A DNA stretch of 63,554 nt, counting the filler, from Stramenopiles sp. TOSAG23-6 (lineage: Eukaryota), in the NCBI GenBank assembly GCA_900128565.1. It is 39 parts of 39 records of this genome, joined end to end, with 100 filler letters (N's around TTAATTAATTAA, not from the genome) between each part and the next. Parts side by side here need not be neighbours in the genome. Positions count along the whole stretch, not along the records: positions 11,512 to 13,053 come from LT638903.1; positions 13,154 to 14,695 come from LT638904.1; positions 14,796 to 16,336 come from LT638905.1; positions 16,437 to 17,975 come from LT638906.1; positions 18,076 to 19,611 come from LT638907.1; positions 19,712 to 21,247 come from LT638908.1; positions 21,348 to 22,883 come from LT638909.1; positions 22,984 to 24,517 come from LT638910.1; 31 more parts are not named here. The stretch is one strand, 5' to 3'. Both the position numbers and the translations under genes were made by a program. The notes under the pieces were generated by a model, which worked only from the letters and a program-made list of their open reading frames with translations, was not told the origin of the DNA and did no database searches. Positions 11,512-23,804 of this stretch are shown here, one piece after another. How positions within the stretch are numbered: position 1 is the stretch's first letter; every line of letters begins with the position of its first letter.

Positions 11512-12368
11512 ACCCAGTCACTAAACGGTGATGTTTCACTCATACAACCAACATTTTTCTCTAGACATTCCGAATCATTCCATTTAAGATCACATGCAGA
11601 ATCGGACACTCTTGGTGATAATCCTTTACCTACTGTACGTCCTGCGATACCTGGTCCACCTGTGGCTTGTAGCGCTGGGTCGTGAAGATGCCATGTTTCG
11701 CATGAAGGATCATTTCCGCATATTTCTGAAGCTTGAGCCCAATCCCAATATGGCAATGTTACACATGAAAACTCTGAACCTAAATTACGAAGAGCAGTCT
11801 CCATTTCGTGTAAAAACTTACGATGCCAAGGAAGGAAAGAGGATGTTCCATGTGCTTGAGGGCCATTTGTATGGTTTGCATGTATTTTGGAAAAATATTT
11901 AAAATTGTTTTTCGTTAGGTACAAAATTTCGTACGAATTTTTTGTGAAAAAAAAAAAAAAAAAAAAACATACATGAATTATGGTAAAAACATCGTAGATA
12001 TTTCGTTCATCGTCACCACTTGGCGTTTTTTTTAAAGTATTAAAAGCTTTAAAAAGAATGTCTCTTTCTTTACGAGTAAGATCTCGGAAATCTTTTCGAA
12101 TGCGTTGTTTGCAAGCCCAACCAAATGGATCATCAACATCAAGGTTCTCTCGGGAGATCTCTATAGATGTAGACGTTGTCAATTCACGAGAATGTCGAAA
12201 GTTACCACCTTCACCTGGTGTAGAGTTTTGAACGTCACCATCAGAGATATCAGAGATAACGTCGGTCTGTGTTTGGTGTTTTCCTGGATGTGTTTGCGCA
12301 GTTGAAATGTTTTCCATTTCACTAGTCGCTCTACACGCCATTAGTAGTAGATACAATATACGCTTCAT
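11512..12368 (-). CDS. Secreted tyrosinase (type-3 copper protein), 3' truncated
   Basis: Signal-peptide-like MKRILYLLLMA; RIRKDFRDLT; CuA motif AHGTSSFLPWHRKFL; LPYWDW. Confidence 0.9.
11880..11972 (-). mobile_element. Family intron, GT...AT; 93 nt, in frame with no stop
   Basis: att cat|GTATGTTT...CCAAAATACAT|gca aac. The ORF track reads it as VCFFFF..YEILYLT..KYFSKIH. Confidence 0.85.
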
Positions 12369-12687
12369 TTTGAACTTTGTTTTTGTTTTCATGTGAGCTC
12401 GCGACACTTTATCAACAAAAAAATTCAAATTCAAAAAAATTCAAATTTGAAATTTTTCATTTTTTGCGCATTTTCAAAATGCTAGATTTTGTGTTTTTTT
12501 GATTTTTGACACCTAAAAATTTGATTGAATTTGATTTCATTCCGAATTTTGATTGTGTTTTTTGTTACCTTTGACCATTTTTTGTAAACTTATAATATGC
12601 AATGATCGACCCAATATAATAGTAGACATAGTATATAAACTTGCTTCTGTATACAGTATTCTTATACAGTAGATAAAGGCATCGTTA

Positions 12688-13053
12688 ATGTCAGACGAAG
12701 ATTTGAGATCTGCGAATGGTGGTCTAAGTTTTGAGGATGCTTTGGCTCGGGCAATGGCTCGCTCTTCAGCTGAAAGCAATACAAATAGTGATTCACGTAT
12801 CACCAGTGCATCTCATAGTAGATTCAGAGCAATTATGTCAACATTAAATCAGCATAGTAACACATTAGAGCGTTCAACTGACTCTGATGAATTCTCTGCT
12901 ACTGAGACGTTTATACCACTGGATAAGCCTGTGAAAAAAAATGATTTAAAGTCTTCACATTGGGCCGATTCGTCTGATGATGATTTTTTTTTGTCCACTT
13001 CAGCACGCATCACCAGTTTACCTCAAAGTAGATTAAGAGCAATGACATCAAAT
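12688..13053 (+). CDS. N-terminal fragment of an unknown protein (UIM-like LARAMARS)
   Basis: ORF divergent from tyrosinase that runs to the contig end. Confidence 0.5.
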
Positions 13054-13216
13054 NNNNNNNNNNNNNNNNNNNNNNNNNNNNNNNNNNNNNNNNNNNNTTA
13101 ATTAATTAANNNNNNNNNNNNNNNNNNNNNNNNNNNNNNNNNNNNNNNNNNNNTTTTTTTTCATACGAAATTTCGTACCTAACGATTTTTTTTTGAAATA
13201 TTTTTTCATAATCCAT

Positions 13217-14518
13217 CTGAAGATGTAATTGATTTATTATCAAGTAGTGATGAAGAGAATGACCCTGTGTCTGATTCAAATGATGAAGAGAATGACCCTG
13301 TGTCTGATTCAAATGATGAAGAGAATTCATTACAAAATCAATTTGAAGAGCGTTATGGCTCTTACAGTGAAGATAATGCTATAGAAGGAAAGTATAATAG
13401 TTCTACTGAAGAAGAAGAAGAAGAAGAAGAAGAAGATGCTACTGATGATGGATCAGATTTGGATGATATTCAGTCTGCTACTTCCTGGGGTGATATTCAA
13501 TCTCTTATTTTCCCACCAGAAAATGAAATGTTCAATAATTTTACGGATAAAGATATTGAACAAATCTGTCGTGCATTACCGCTAGACAGGAATTTAGATG
13601 AAGAAGAAATTGTAGCTTTCAACAAACGTGGGAAAATCCCAATAACACGTGAAATGATGGGATGTTTGTTAGATAATCAATGGCTTAAAGATGAAGTGAT
13701 GAATTATTTCTTGGAACTTATAGCAGCCCAATCACCTAGTCCTTCAAATCCTTCAAGTGATATCATTGGTGAAACAACAAAATCACTAAATGATACAAGC
13801 CTTCCGTCTGTATACATGTATGTTTTATTTTTTTTCAAATTCGATTTTTTTTCGTACGAAATGCTGTACCTAACGATTTTTTTTTGAAATATTTTTCCAA
13901 AATACATCCATAACACGCATTTTTATTCAAAACTTTTGGAGCATGATCAATACACGTATACAAATGTTCGTAGGTGGACACGAAAAGTAAAAGGAACAAT
14001 TTTTGCGTATGATAAAGTTATTATTCCAATTCATTTAGGAATTCACTGGGTAATGGCAGTAATGTACGTTTTCAAAATAGAATGTGTTTTTTTTCTTGGT
14101 AGAAAATTTCATACCTAACAAAACATTTTTACAAAAAAAATATTTTCCCAAAATTACATAAACTTTCGTGATAAACGATTAGAATATTATGATTCGATGG
14201 CAGCTGTAGATGCTGCTCATAAAGCAGCAGGTAAGTATTGTTTGGAACATTTACAGACTTATCTTAGAGATGAAAGTTTGCACAAAAGAAAAGTNNNNNN
14301 NNNNNNNNNNNAATGAAGAATTTGATTTTTATATTCCTACCAAAGATGAAATCCCCCAACAAGAAAATACCGTTGATTGCGGTGTGTTTGCTCTCAAATT
14401 TGCTGAATTGTGTAGTAGAGACCAAACATTATATGATTCTTTTTCTCAAGAAGATTTTCCACGTTTTAGAAGAGAAATAATGCTACAAATCCTTCAGTCA
14501 AGTGATGAAATTCCTTAA
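13217..14518 (+). CDS. SUMO protease (Ulp1/SENP, peptidase C48), 5' partial
   Basis: WLKDEVMNYF; spliced [53 protein letters not shown]. Confidence 0.95.
13818..13907 (+). mobile_element. Family intron, GT...AT
   Basis: tac at|GTATGTTTT...TCCAAAATACAT|c cat. Contains an in-frame TGA. Confidence 0.9.
14064..14159 (+). mobile_element. Family intron, GT...AT
   Basis: gta at|GTACGTTTT...CAAAATTACAT|a aac restores HWVMAVINF. Contains an in-frame TAA. Confidence 0.9.
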
Positions 14519-14795
14519 ATTATAAAGAAGCTAAAAATTTGTTTTTGTATATAATATTTTTTTTATACTATATACTATATACTGTATTACCAACTGTAAC
14601 TAATACGTGTACCACTCTTCTTACTATGCGCTCGTGTTTAAAAACATGCATCACTCTAAATCTTCAGCGACTTCTGCTAGAGTATCTCGTACCATNNNNN
14701 NNNNNNNNNNNNNNNNNNNNNNNNNNNNNNNNNNNNNNNTTAATTAATTAANNNNNNNNNNNNNNNNNNNNNNNNNNNNNNNNNNNNNNNNNNNN

Positions 14796-16336
14796 ATCAG
14801 AAACTTGTAAGCTCTTGAGATTTTCCTTTGGTGCTTTTTGTGAATCTATTTCATTATTACTTCTATTACTCCTGTTACTTCGATTAGTACTACTACCACT
14901 GTTTGATTTGCTTCTATTGCTTCTATTAGTACTATTACCACTATTTGGTTTACTTTTCCGATTGCCTGACTTCTTCTTCATGTTATTTATATTACCATAA
15001 GGATTTGGATCATTCACTTTTGCCCAAATAAATGCTTTATGTAAATTAAGTACTTCATTTCCACTAAGTCGCAACTGTCCAACATCTAGATAACGAGTGA
15101 ATATTTCACTGAGACAAACAATAGCCTTTGCACATAGTGCTTTTCTATGGTTTAATAAAATGCTGTTGAGCCAATCTACAGCGGTTGCATTTAGTTCTGG
15201 CCGAGGTTGTAATATACTTATCTTTTGGTTAGACGATGATGCAAATTTGTTTTCGTGAAAATTTTGAGGATTTCGTACAGGAACTTTACTCTGCCAATTC
15301 TTTCGCATTCGACTAGCAGAGCGGGCGCGACTAGTAAATTTTCCAGTGGAGTAAATGAGTAAGTACAGAATCTCTATATGGGATATGTGGTTGCTTTTGA
15401 ATTAGGGCTTTAGCAACACGACCAATTGCGAGTAAACTCTTATTGATACTTTGTGTCTCTCGAGCATGTATACCCTCTGCTTTAGATCTTTTTAAATTTT
15501 CACTTCCAGACAAATCAACAAAAGTTAATTGTCCTTCACGACCGGTGTCACAACTCTTAATATTAATTGTGAAAACAGAATGAGAGCGGGAACTTCGCTT
15601 GTTTAATTCTGTCTCAGCAGTTTGTCTGCGAAGAACGGATGTTTCAAGAATACTAATTATGTCTTCTGGGGTTCGTACAGGTGTTCTTGTCAAACCAGAT
15701 ACTCGCATACCGTATTCTTTATCACGATAAAGCAAAAGCTTTTTCGTCCCAGTATTAGAATAATTCGGGTCATCTCGCTTTTCGATATGCCGTTTTGGCT
15801 CGTAATGAATCCTTTGGTTTTCGCGCTTCCCCTTTTGATATTTCCCTTTTTTATTTGAGTATAACTCCTCGGCCGTTTTTGGTTGAAATCCAGATTGTGG
15901 AGATGGAGCTAGTAAGTCAGCAATTTCTTCGTTATATATTTCTAAGTGACTTACATCTATACTAAAATCTGATTTATTCGGAATATTAGGGTTTGGTGCT
16001 TTATCCTCAACTTTTAGAGTTTGAATGACACCGAATAATGTGTAAATTGAACGAGCAATGAGACCCGCATCTGGTCCCCTCAATCGCTCTGATCCTTTCA
16101 TTTTCTGACTTTCTGGCTCTGGTCCTTCCATTGTGTAAGTCTTTCCGGCGCCAGTCTGTCCATATGCAATAATCGTACATTTAACACCTTCCAATGACTG
16201 AAGAACAAGTGGGGCAATTAGTTCTCTAAAGATCTCCTCTTGATGAGCGTGTTGTTCAAACACTCGATCAAATGTATAACGTTTGCATTCATCGTAGTCT
16301 GGGTGTTCAACAATCACGTTACTATTTTGGCAGGTA
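14796..16336 (-). CDS. Kinesin motor protein, partial; frame break near 15345
   Basis: AYGQTGAGKTYTM, HLEIYNE, NKRSSRSH, FVDLSGSE, HIPYRDSVLT. Confidence 0.9.
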
Positions 16337-16964
16337 NNNNNNNNNNNNNNNNNNNNNNNNNNNNNNNNNNNNNNNNNNNNTTAATTAATTAANNNNNNNN
16401 NNNNNNNNNNNNNNNNNNNNNNNNNNNNNNNNNNNNATTTTTTTTTCATACGAAATTTCGTACCTAACGATTTTTTTTTTGAAATATTTTTTCACAATAC
16501 ATTGCGTAGAGGCGATCTCGAACACTCTCTATCTGAACAACATTATCAAGCTGCACTTCGTGCAAAAAATGATGATATTAGGCGATTTCGTGTAGAATTA
16601 GATGGTATCCTTGAAGTCATTTCAACGCTTCAACAACAAGGCATTCATATACCTTGTTTTAATTGAGAGTTTCTCTGGAAATAAAACTAAAAAATTTTGT
16701 GCTTTTTTTCCCTTTCAACACGAAATAAATGGAAAATTTAATCTCAAAATTCGCAAAAAAAACAATGACTCGTCGTCAATTTTAATTGGTGCCATGACAT
16801 TGTCAATTTGTCATGTGTGTTTATGGTACCGGTACCCCAAGTTGAACATAAATACTTGATAATACTTATACTTTCTAGAAGCGTGTGAAATTTTGAGTAG
16901 CATCGAGACACTTATTTTTCGAATCGTCGTATTCTTTTACTTTTCGTTTTTTACATTTTGAGCA

Positions 16965-17886
16965 ATGCGGGAAAAGTATATCCGAAAAAAGATGCTTCAA
17001 AAGTCCAAATTCTTTAGTCGAACTTTAGCTTGGACAGTGTGTATTACTGTAGTAATTTCATTTGTAGTATCTTTTTGGAAAACTTCGATTAATACTTCAC
17101 CCATATCACTATTTAGTATATTTTCTGGTCATGATGGTTCAGGAATTGCTTCAAATAATGATAGACGACTATACCTTGAAAACGAAGTCAATTCAGCCAT
17201 TCGTACTTCTGGCGTCGGTAGTACTTTGCATAAGAGTGCATCTTGTGATTTAGGTACATTCTTGTTTTCAGTTCATGAGTATGATAAAGGCATTGATCAT
17301 TTTGAGGTTGCTGGTGTTGAATGCGCAGGGGTAGAGTTTGCCTCCAGAATGGCTGGACATTTTTATGATAATTACGGAAGACGTAATCCTGTTACTTCAT
17401 TTGTAAAAGGGCTTTCAAATAGTGACAAGGTGTTGTCCTTTTTGTCAATGTTTCATCAAATTTCACAAAAAACACCAATTCCCAATGAAGCTTGGGATGC
17501 TTTACACTCAGGAATTTCTGCAGACGCTGTAGGTATTCGAAGTTGTTTATTACTTGCTGGACTTTTTCAACACAGTACGTTTTTAATTTTTTATCTAATT
17601 TTTTTTTTTGGTTTCATACGAAATTTTGTACCTAACGATTTTTTTTAAAATTTTTTTAAAATATTTTTTTCATTTCAATTTCGAATGTATTGTTTTTTTT
17701 TATAGTAAATTTTGTACCTAACGATTTTAATTTTTGAAATATTTTTCATGATGAATGTTCTCATCGGATAACTTCTTTATCAAGTGTTTTGCTACATGAT
17801 ATTGAAAGATGTGTACTCATTGTAAAAGCTCCATTTAATCCGACGTCTGATGTATTTGAAGCCGGTATTGCTTTAGTAGAATCTAA
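16965..17886 (+). CDS. Type II membrane protein, unknown function, partial
   Basis: N-terminal TM segment; the frame continues across family intron 17575-17756. Confidence 0.6.
17575..17756 (+). mobile_element. Family intron with duplicated core, GT...AT
   Basis: cac a|GTACGTTTT...ATGAAT|gt tct; two AAATTTTGTACCTAAC copies. Confidence 0.7.
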
Positions 17887-18160
17887 GCACGTTTTCAGTA
17901 TGAATTTCAAATTTATTTATTTTTCGTACGAAATTTTGTACCTAACAAATTTCGANTTTATTTTTTTTTNACANANNNNNNNNNNNNNNNNNNNNNNNNN
18001 NNNNNNNNNNNNNNNNNNNTTAATTAATTAANNNNNNNNNNNNNNNNNNNNNNNNNNNNNNNNNNNNNNNNNNNNTTTCAAAAAAAATCTAAAAAAAATT
18101 GTTAGGTACAAAATTTCGTATGAAAAAAAAAATTAAATTAGAAATTCATATAAAGCATAC

Positions 18161-19554
18161 ATCATTGCTATAACACTACAACTATGATGTGTTTTCCAAT
18201 CTTCTTCAATTTCATCCAAATGATTCAATGTAAATGCGATACCCATTTCTGAAATTTTGTTTTTTTCATGTACAACATTTGGATTTTTCCATGAAATAAA
18301 TCTATTTTCTAATATTTCGTGTACTTCTTTCAATTGTTCAGACATCACGAAATTCTCTATGTTTACACCTTTTAATGAAATTTCACGAAATAATCGCCGA
18401 CTACGATTTATTGTACAAGACGATTGGATAGCTTGTATTTTTTCTTCAATGATATTCAAAAATATTGATCCTAAAAATCCTTCAACAATGATTTCTTTTT
18501 CAGTAGTTTTACTACTATTGATTTGAGTAGAGTCAATATTATTTGATACATAAATATACAATGATTTACACTCTTGATAACATTTCAAAGACAAATCTAT
18601 CTTACCTTGAATACTACTCATTAACCCACGAAGCCAAAGAAGACGCAGCCATAGCATGTTTCTAAAAATATTTTCTGTAAATGAGCTAGGGAGAACTAGA
18701 AATCCAGATTCGACAATTTCAAGTTGATNTAAAATATACATCAATAATTGCGATAATGAATCAGCATCATCACATTTAGGTTTTTCTACAGGAATTTGTG
18801 ACTCATTTGTATCATCATTACACGTGGAAACTGCATTTGGNTATAATTTCCGAAATAAAATTTCAGCAAGCATCACCAATGTTTCAACAGTGAGACACGT
18901 GTCATTTGTACCAATCATTGAGGTATTACAACTATTCAAATTTTCATCACAAGTATTTCCNGCTTCTCTTCCTAATCCTAATCCTACTGTCTTTCCTATA
19001 TGTTTTTGTCGTTTCTGCTTCAATAAGTTTTGAAATCTTTGGTATACTAAAATAATTGTATCACATAAAGAGTTTTGTCGAAGACAGCTCCAAGGTATTC
19101 CAGCACTATTTTTTGTATCTAGATGTGTAGTATTATCAGTATTACTATCATCATCAAATGGTTGGTGTTCAATGAACTTAGAAATGCAATTATATGATTG
19201 CCCAAATTTTCTAAATGCATTTTTACTATTCGATAATATCTTTGAACTTTCATCTTGAACAATCTTTAGAGTAGAATAATGAAACATTGTAGTCGATGCT
19301 ACATAGCATAAATATCGTCCAAAACAAACAATGAAAATCTCTTCTTTTGCCTCTATCGAATGAAAATCACCCAACGTACTATTTTTGTTACAAAGTATAG
19401 ATTTTATCTCCTTGTCAACAAATGAAGTCAACAAAAGCGATGCCATGTTTAACTCTGGTAAAGATGGCGACATCATCCCTACTTGTAACTCATCTTGAGT
19501 ATTACATTGTTTGTTATTTTCATCGACAACAACCCTATCCGTCGAAACAGATAC
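18161..19554 (-). CDS. Internal exon of a probable CABIN1/Hir3-like protein
   Basis: LRLLWLRGLMSSIQGKIDLSLKCYQEC resembles the CABIN1 segment as I recall it. The exon is bounded by family intron ends on both sides. Confidence 0.5.
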
Positions 19555-19711
19555 ATGGATTATGAAAAAATATTTCAAAAAAAAAAAAAATGTTAGGTAC
19601 AAAATTTCGTANNNNNNNNNNNNNNNNNNNNNNNNNNNNNNNNNNNNNNNNNNNNTTAATTAATTAANNNNNNNNNNNNNNNNNNNNNNNNNNNNNNNNN
19701 NNNNNNNNNNN

Positions 19712-20471
19712 CAATTTGGTTAATACCTTTCCCAAGAACATTAAGTCTTCTTGCTGAAGATAAGACACCTTGGAGAGTAATCAACTTCACAGATGATGTT
19801 TCGGAGTATTTATTTTCTGTATTTATAGCGTTGTCTTGAACTTTTGATTCATCTTCAAATATATGAAAAAGCAATAATTTGATTTGTTCGTTGTCTAAAA
19901 ATGCCATATATAACTCAAGCTCATCTAATAAGTCAATGTCATTTACACCGCTATTCATTAAACCACCTATCGATTTATTGCCCTCAAATCGAAGATTAGT
20001 GATATAATGACATTTGCTATATGCTCGTAAACGAAATACTTTTTTACCACAATTTCTACACTTCTTTGATTTCATTTTGTATTCTTGAGGTGAAAATGTA
20101 ACTAAACTTCAAAAAGATTCACATAATTGATATCTAAGAGTCTGAAGAAATGCAACCATACCAGATCTTTCAATATGATTATCTCGTAGGTCTATCTCTC
20201 GAAATAACTGACCTTCTCGGAGAGAATCTGCTAGCGCAATAGCTTGATTGTTGGTAATACCTCGTTTCCTCAAATTTAGAGACTTTAAAACTCTAGCTTC
20301 CTTTTCAGATTTTTCAACTACATTCAAAACAATTGGAATTGGCGATACATTCAAACTAGCGGATATATCTATATAATGTGCACTATATCGACCTACATGA
20401 TGCGATTCTAAAGGAGGTACTTTCGGTCGCTTTCGAAATGATTTAACTTTAAACATAGAAAATGTGCACAA
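19712..20471 (-). CDS. Leucine-rich-repeat protein (RI-like), fragmentary
   Basis: LKSLNLRKRGITNNQAIALADSL...IDLRDNHI; ITNLRFEGN. Split across two ORFs. Confidence 0.6.
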
Positions 20472-20754
20472 GGAATATTTTCAAAACAGACTTTATGAAA
20501 ATGATCTATCTCAGTCAGATATAAATAGATCTGAAGATAATGCGTGTAGAAGAAGAGCATTTGCAAAATTCAAGATTTAGATTCGATTCGAGAAAGAGCT
20601 TTTCGCGATCTAGATCGCCCCGGGGGATTTCGTGTTTTTGTTCATCATATTATGCATGCGAGATCCACGAATTCGAGAGATCTTCAATTTTTTACTTGCT
20701 ATCCTTGCTATCATAATATATTTAGGAAATTGTTATTGTTTTGCAAGGCCTCAA

Positions 20755-21247
20755 ATGGATAATTTAAAAGATGTTGATGGACTATCTACTGATTATATGT
20801 CCCCCAAACAAGGTAACTATACACCTAGTGCAAAAGACCTAGAACATTTTCCTTCTGCACATGGCGCTGATTTTATCCCGTCGTCAAGTACAGATGAAGA
20901 CTTCAAATCAAATGAAGCTGTTGGAGAGCTCCGAAGCAGTAAAGTCGGGCCGCAAGATACAACACTTTTGGATGAACGATTAAATAGACTTCGTGATAGC
21001 ACACGTTCTACAAATGTTGTAGATCAACAATCGCCGTCATCAGTGGCAAAACGTATTTCTAATAGTGTTCAGAAGAGCGACAAGGTTGAAGTATTAAAAA
21101 CTCGTCTTACAGAAGTAGAAGCCATGCTGATAGAACAACAAAATAAATGGGCTAAAGAAAAGAGTGATTTGATTGAAGCGAATCGTGCTACAGTATCAAA
21201 TACAAAGGATCAAACTCGTTCTGCTGTTGAAAGTGCATTACAAGCGG
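20755..21247 (+). CDS. Coiled-coil protein N-terminus, unknown function
   Basis: Open frame to the contig end with heptad-rich sequence. Confidence 0.55.
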
Positions 21248-21354
21248 NNNNNNNNNNNNNNNNNNNNNNNNNNNNNNNNNNNNNNNNNNNNTTAATTAAT
21301 TAANNNNNNNNNNNNNNNNNNNNNNNNNNNNNNNNNNNNNNNNNNNNTATACTT

Positions 21355-22836
21355 GTGCAGCTGTTGAAAGATGAATGTGGTATGAAGACGCAAACTGTAT
21401 TTAGCTCCGTATTTCCTATTTATAGTGACACACAACCTGTCTTTGCTTTATTAGTGTTTTTGTTATGTAAAAATGTACGACGTGCACTTTTATTATGTGC
21501 TATAGCTAATGTGTGTACAGTTTTGTTACTTTTAGTCGCCATCGCAGTGCCCGGTCGACTGTTCGGTTCATGTTTTACTGTTTATGTTTCAGAATGCACC
21601 GCAGCTTGTGCCATGCTTCAAGTGTTTGTGCTACCTGCAATAATATGCTCAATTTCAGACGCTCAACATTATAAGACATATATTGGTGTTGGTAGAGCTA
21701 CGGGGATGTTGAGTTCTATTTTATCATCCTTATTTGGAAAGCTTTTATCAGAATGGTTTGCTTGTCGAAAAATGTATTTAACTACAGTTTGTTGTAGTTT
21801 AGGTTCTTCTGTATTCAGTTTAATTTTTGTTCTTTTAATCTTCACTCGTACGATACAGTATAATGATAATAATGATAATAATGATAATCATTATAATCAT
21901 TATAATAATTATTATAGTGATAATAATAATGATCAAAATAATAATGATCAAAATAATCAAAGAATACAAAATCGTTGTATTATTTTAAAAAGATTGTTGA
22001 ATTTTTTACATGTAAAACACCGAATTCTTTTTTGGCTAATTTTGAATTTTATGGTAAGAGGTGTTCATACTTTAGTTATGATTGACTGGCAAAGTATGAA
22101 CAGTTTCATATTTGAGAATAGCAAACGTTATAACCCTAACCCTAGTGTTAAACACTCTACTATTTTTGACGTACAAAACTGTTCAAAGTCTTCTAGTTAT
22201 TTTGTATTTCAATCTTGTATGTATGCAGCAGCAGCTATAACAATGTTCATCTATGCATTACGTACAACAATATCATGTTTTTCATGTTGTTTTCGTTGTT
22301 TTAGGGTTAGGGTTAGAAAAAATAATAATTTTGGTGGTATGACATTCATTCTGTTAGGGTTAGGGTTTTGTTTGTTAGGCATTGGTTTGATATCAAGTAT
22401 TACTACATATACTACAAAACTATATACATTTAGTACACTTTTAATAATATACCATTGCATTGCTGAAATAAGTATAGTTATTTGTTCAGCATTTATTGGA
22501 CAAGACATAAATTCCTTACATATGAACAAACCTGTCAATATTGAAAATTTGGAAAATTTGGAAAATTTTTCATCCTTGAATGTAAATGTACAAAATTNNN
22601 NNNNNNNNNNNNNNNNNNNNNNNNNNNNNNNNNNNNNNNNNNNNNNTATTGAATATATACCTTCACAATTGGAAATTTTTGTTTTCTCTGGATTTCTCTC
22701 CATGATGACACAATTTATGGTCCAATGTATAGCAGGTTTGTTCCATTTGGATATCAGTGAAAAATTTTATATATATTCTTCATGTATTTTTATTATTGCT
22801 ATTTTTTCTGGTACATTTTATTATAGACAAAAATAA
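21355..22836 (+). CDS. MFS transporter, SLC19 (folate/thiamine carrier)-like
   Basis: About 11 hydrophobic segments. VFPIYSDTQPVFALLVFLL resembles the RFC family N-terminus. Confidence 0.55.
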   Translation: MQLLKDECGMKTQTVFSSVFPIYSDTQPVFALLVFLLCKNVRRALLLCAIANVCTVLLLLVAIAVPGRLFGSCFTVYVSECTAACAMLQVFVLPAIICSISDAQHYKTYIGVGRATGMLSSILSSLFGKLLSEWFACRKMYLTTVCCSLGSSVFSLIFVLLIFTRTIQYNDNNDNNDNHYNHYNNYYSDNNNDQNNNDQNNQRIQNRCIILKRLLNFLHVKHRILFWLILNFMVRGVHTLVMIDWQSMNSFIFENSKRYNPNPSVKHSTIFDVQNCSKSSSYFVFQSCMYAAAAITMFIYALRTTISCFSCCFRCFRVRVRKNNNFGGMTFILLGLGFCLLGIGLISSITTYTTKLYTFSTLLIIYHCIAEISIVICSAFIGQDINSLHMNKPVNIENLENLENFSSLNVNVQNXXXXXXXXXXXXXXXXXIEYIPSQLEIFVFSGFLSMMTQFMVQCIAGLFHLDISEKFYIYSSCIFIIAIFSGTFYYRQK

Positions 22837-22983
22837 TAAAAATAATAAAAATAATAAAAATAATAAAAATAATAAAAATAATANNNNNNNNNNNNNNNNN
22901 NNNNNNNNNNNNNNNNNNNNNNNNNNNTTAATTAATTAANNNNNNNNNNNNNNNNNNNNNNNNNNNNNNNNNNNNNNNNNNNN

Positions 22984-23502
22984 TCCTATGGAGCCATACC
23001 CAGAAATTAGATCCCTATCGTCAAAAGGATGAATAAAGACGCGACCGTTTGTAGTGTGCCTTTTCACGGCAGGTAATAATTCTATACTAGGAACAAGTTC
23101 AACGTCACTTCCAAGGGCTTTAATTTTAGCTACTCGGTCAGCAGGAACAGTATTAGGCATACACACGGTTGCTTTAACACCTAACTGACCACAGAGAAAT
23201 GCAAATGTGCGACCTGCATTACCAGCTGACATTGTTACTGCGCCATGTTTTCGAATACGCTCTTCATTAACTCTAAATGAATTACACATGCCCCGAATTT
23301 TAAAACTGCCAGAAAACTGTAGAGATTCCATTTTAAGAAACACTGGTATTTCCTTCTTATTAGCATCAACGTTTAATAATGGAACACTGAAACCTGAAAG
23401 AAGAGGAGTGCGACGGACTAAATTGGACTTTGATATATATTCATTAGCTGTATATATACTTTCAAGAGATATTGTTTCAGATAATGCTTTGTTCGATGAC
23501 AT
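22984..23502 (-). CDS. PLP-dependent serine/threonine dehydratase family, 3' truncated
   Basis: RTPL, FLKMESLQFSGSFKIRG, SAGNAG, FIHPFDD. Confidence 0.92.
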
Positions 23503-23804
23503 CGTGCGTTCTAACGAATCAATAAGTGTGTAAGGTTTTATTGATTTGACTCATTTGAGATTATATATTATGATCTCAGACTCAGATCCGAGCCAAGGTA
23601 ATTACCTTTGCTATTATTCATGACCGTAGTGACGTATGACGTCATCTATAAAAATAGCGGTACTAGTCAAGTCAAGTGGAGCTGTCAAAATCGGTGCAAT
23701 CGCAATCATATAAGATTCATTCTCCAAAAAAACAGTCTTATTCTTTGCAATTTCTTGATTATTCCTTAAATTACCACCACAATCACGTGTTCCTTTTATA
23801 GTCT

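Noticed and set aside
13885-13887. Nuclear stop-codon reassignment
   Set aside because: In the genes I could reconstruct, in-frame stops fall inside removable introns. TAA, TAG and TGA all end nuclear ORFs.
13816-13905. Reading the family as U12-type AT-AC introns
   Set aside because: The flanking AT allows this at many sites, but there is no ATATCCTT donor. Copies preceded by CA, CT or AA, or ending TAAAT or GCAG, fit only the GT register. It is not formally excluded without lariat data.
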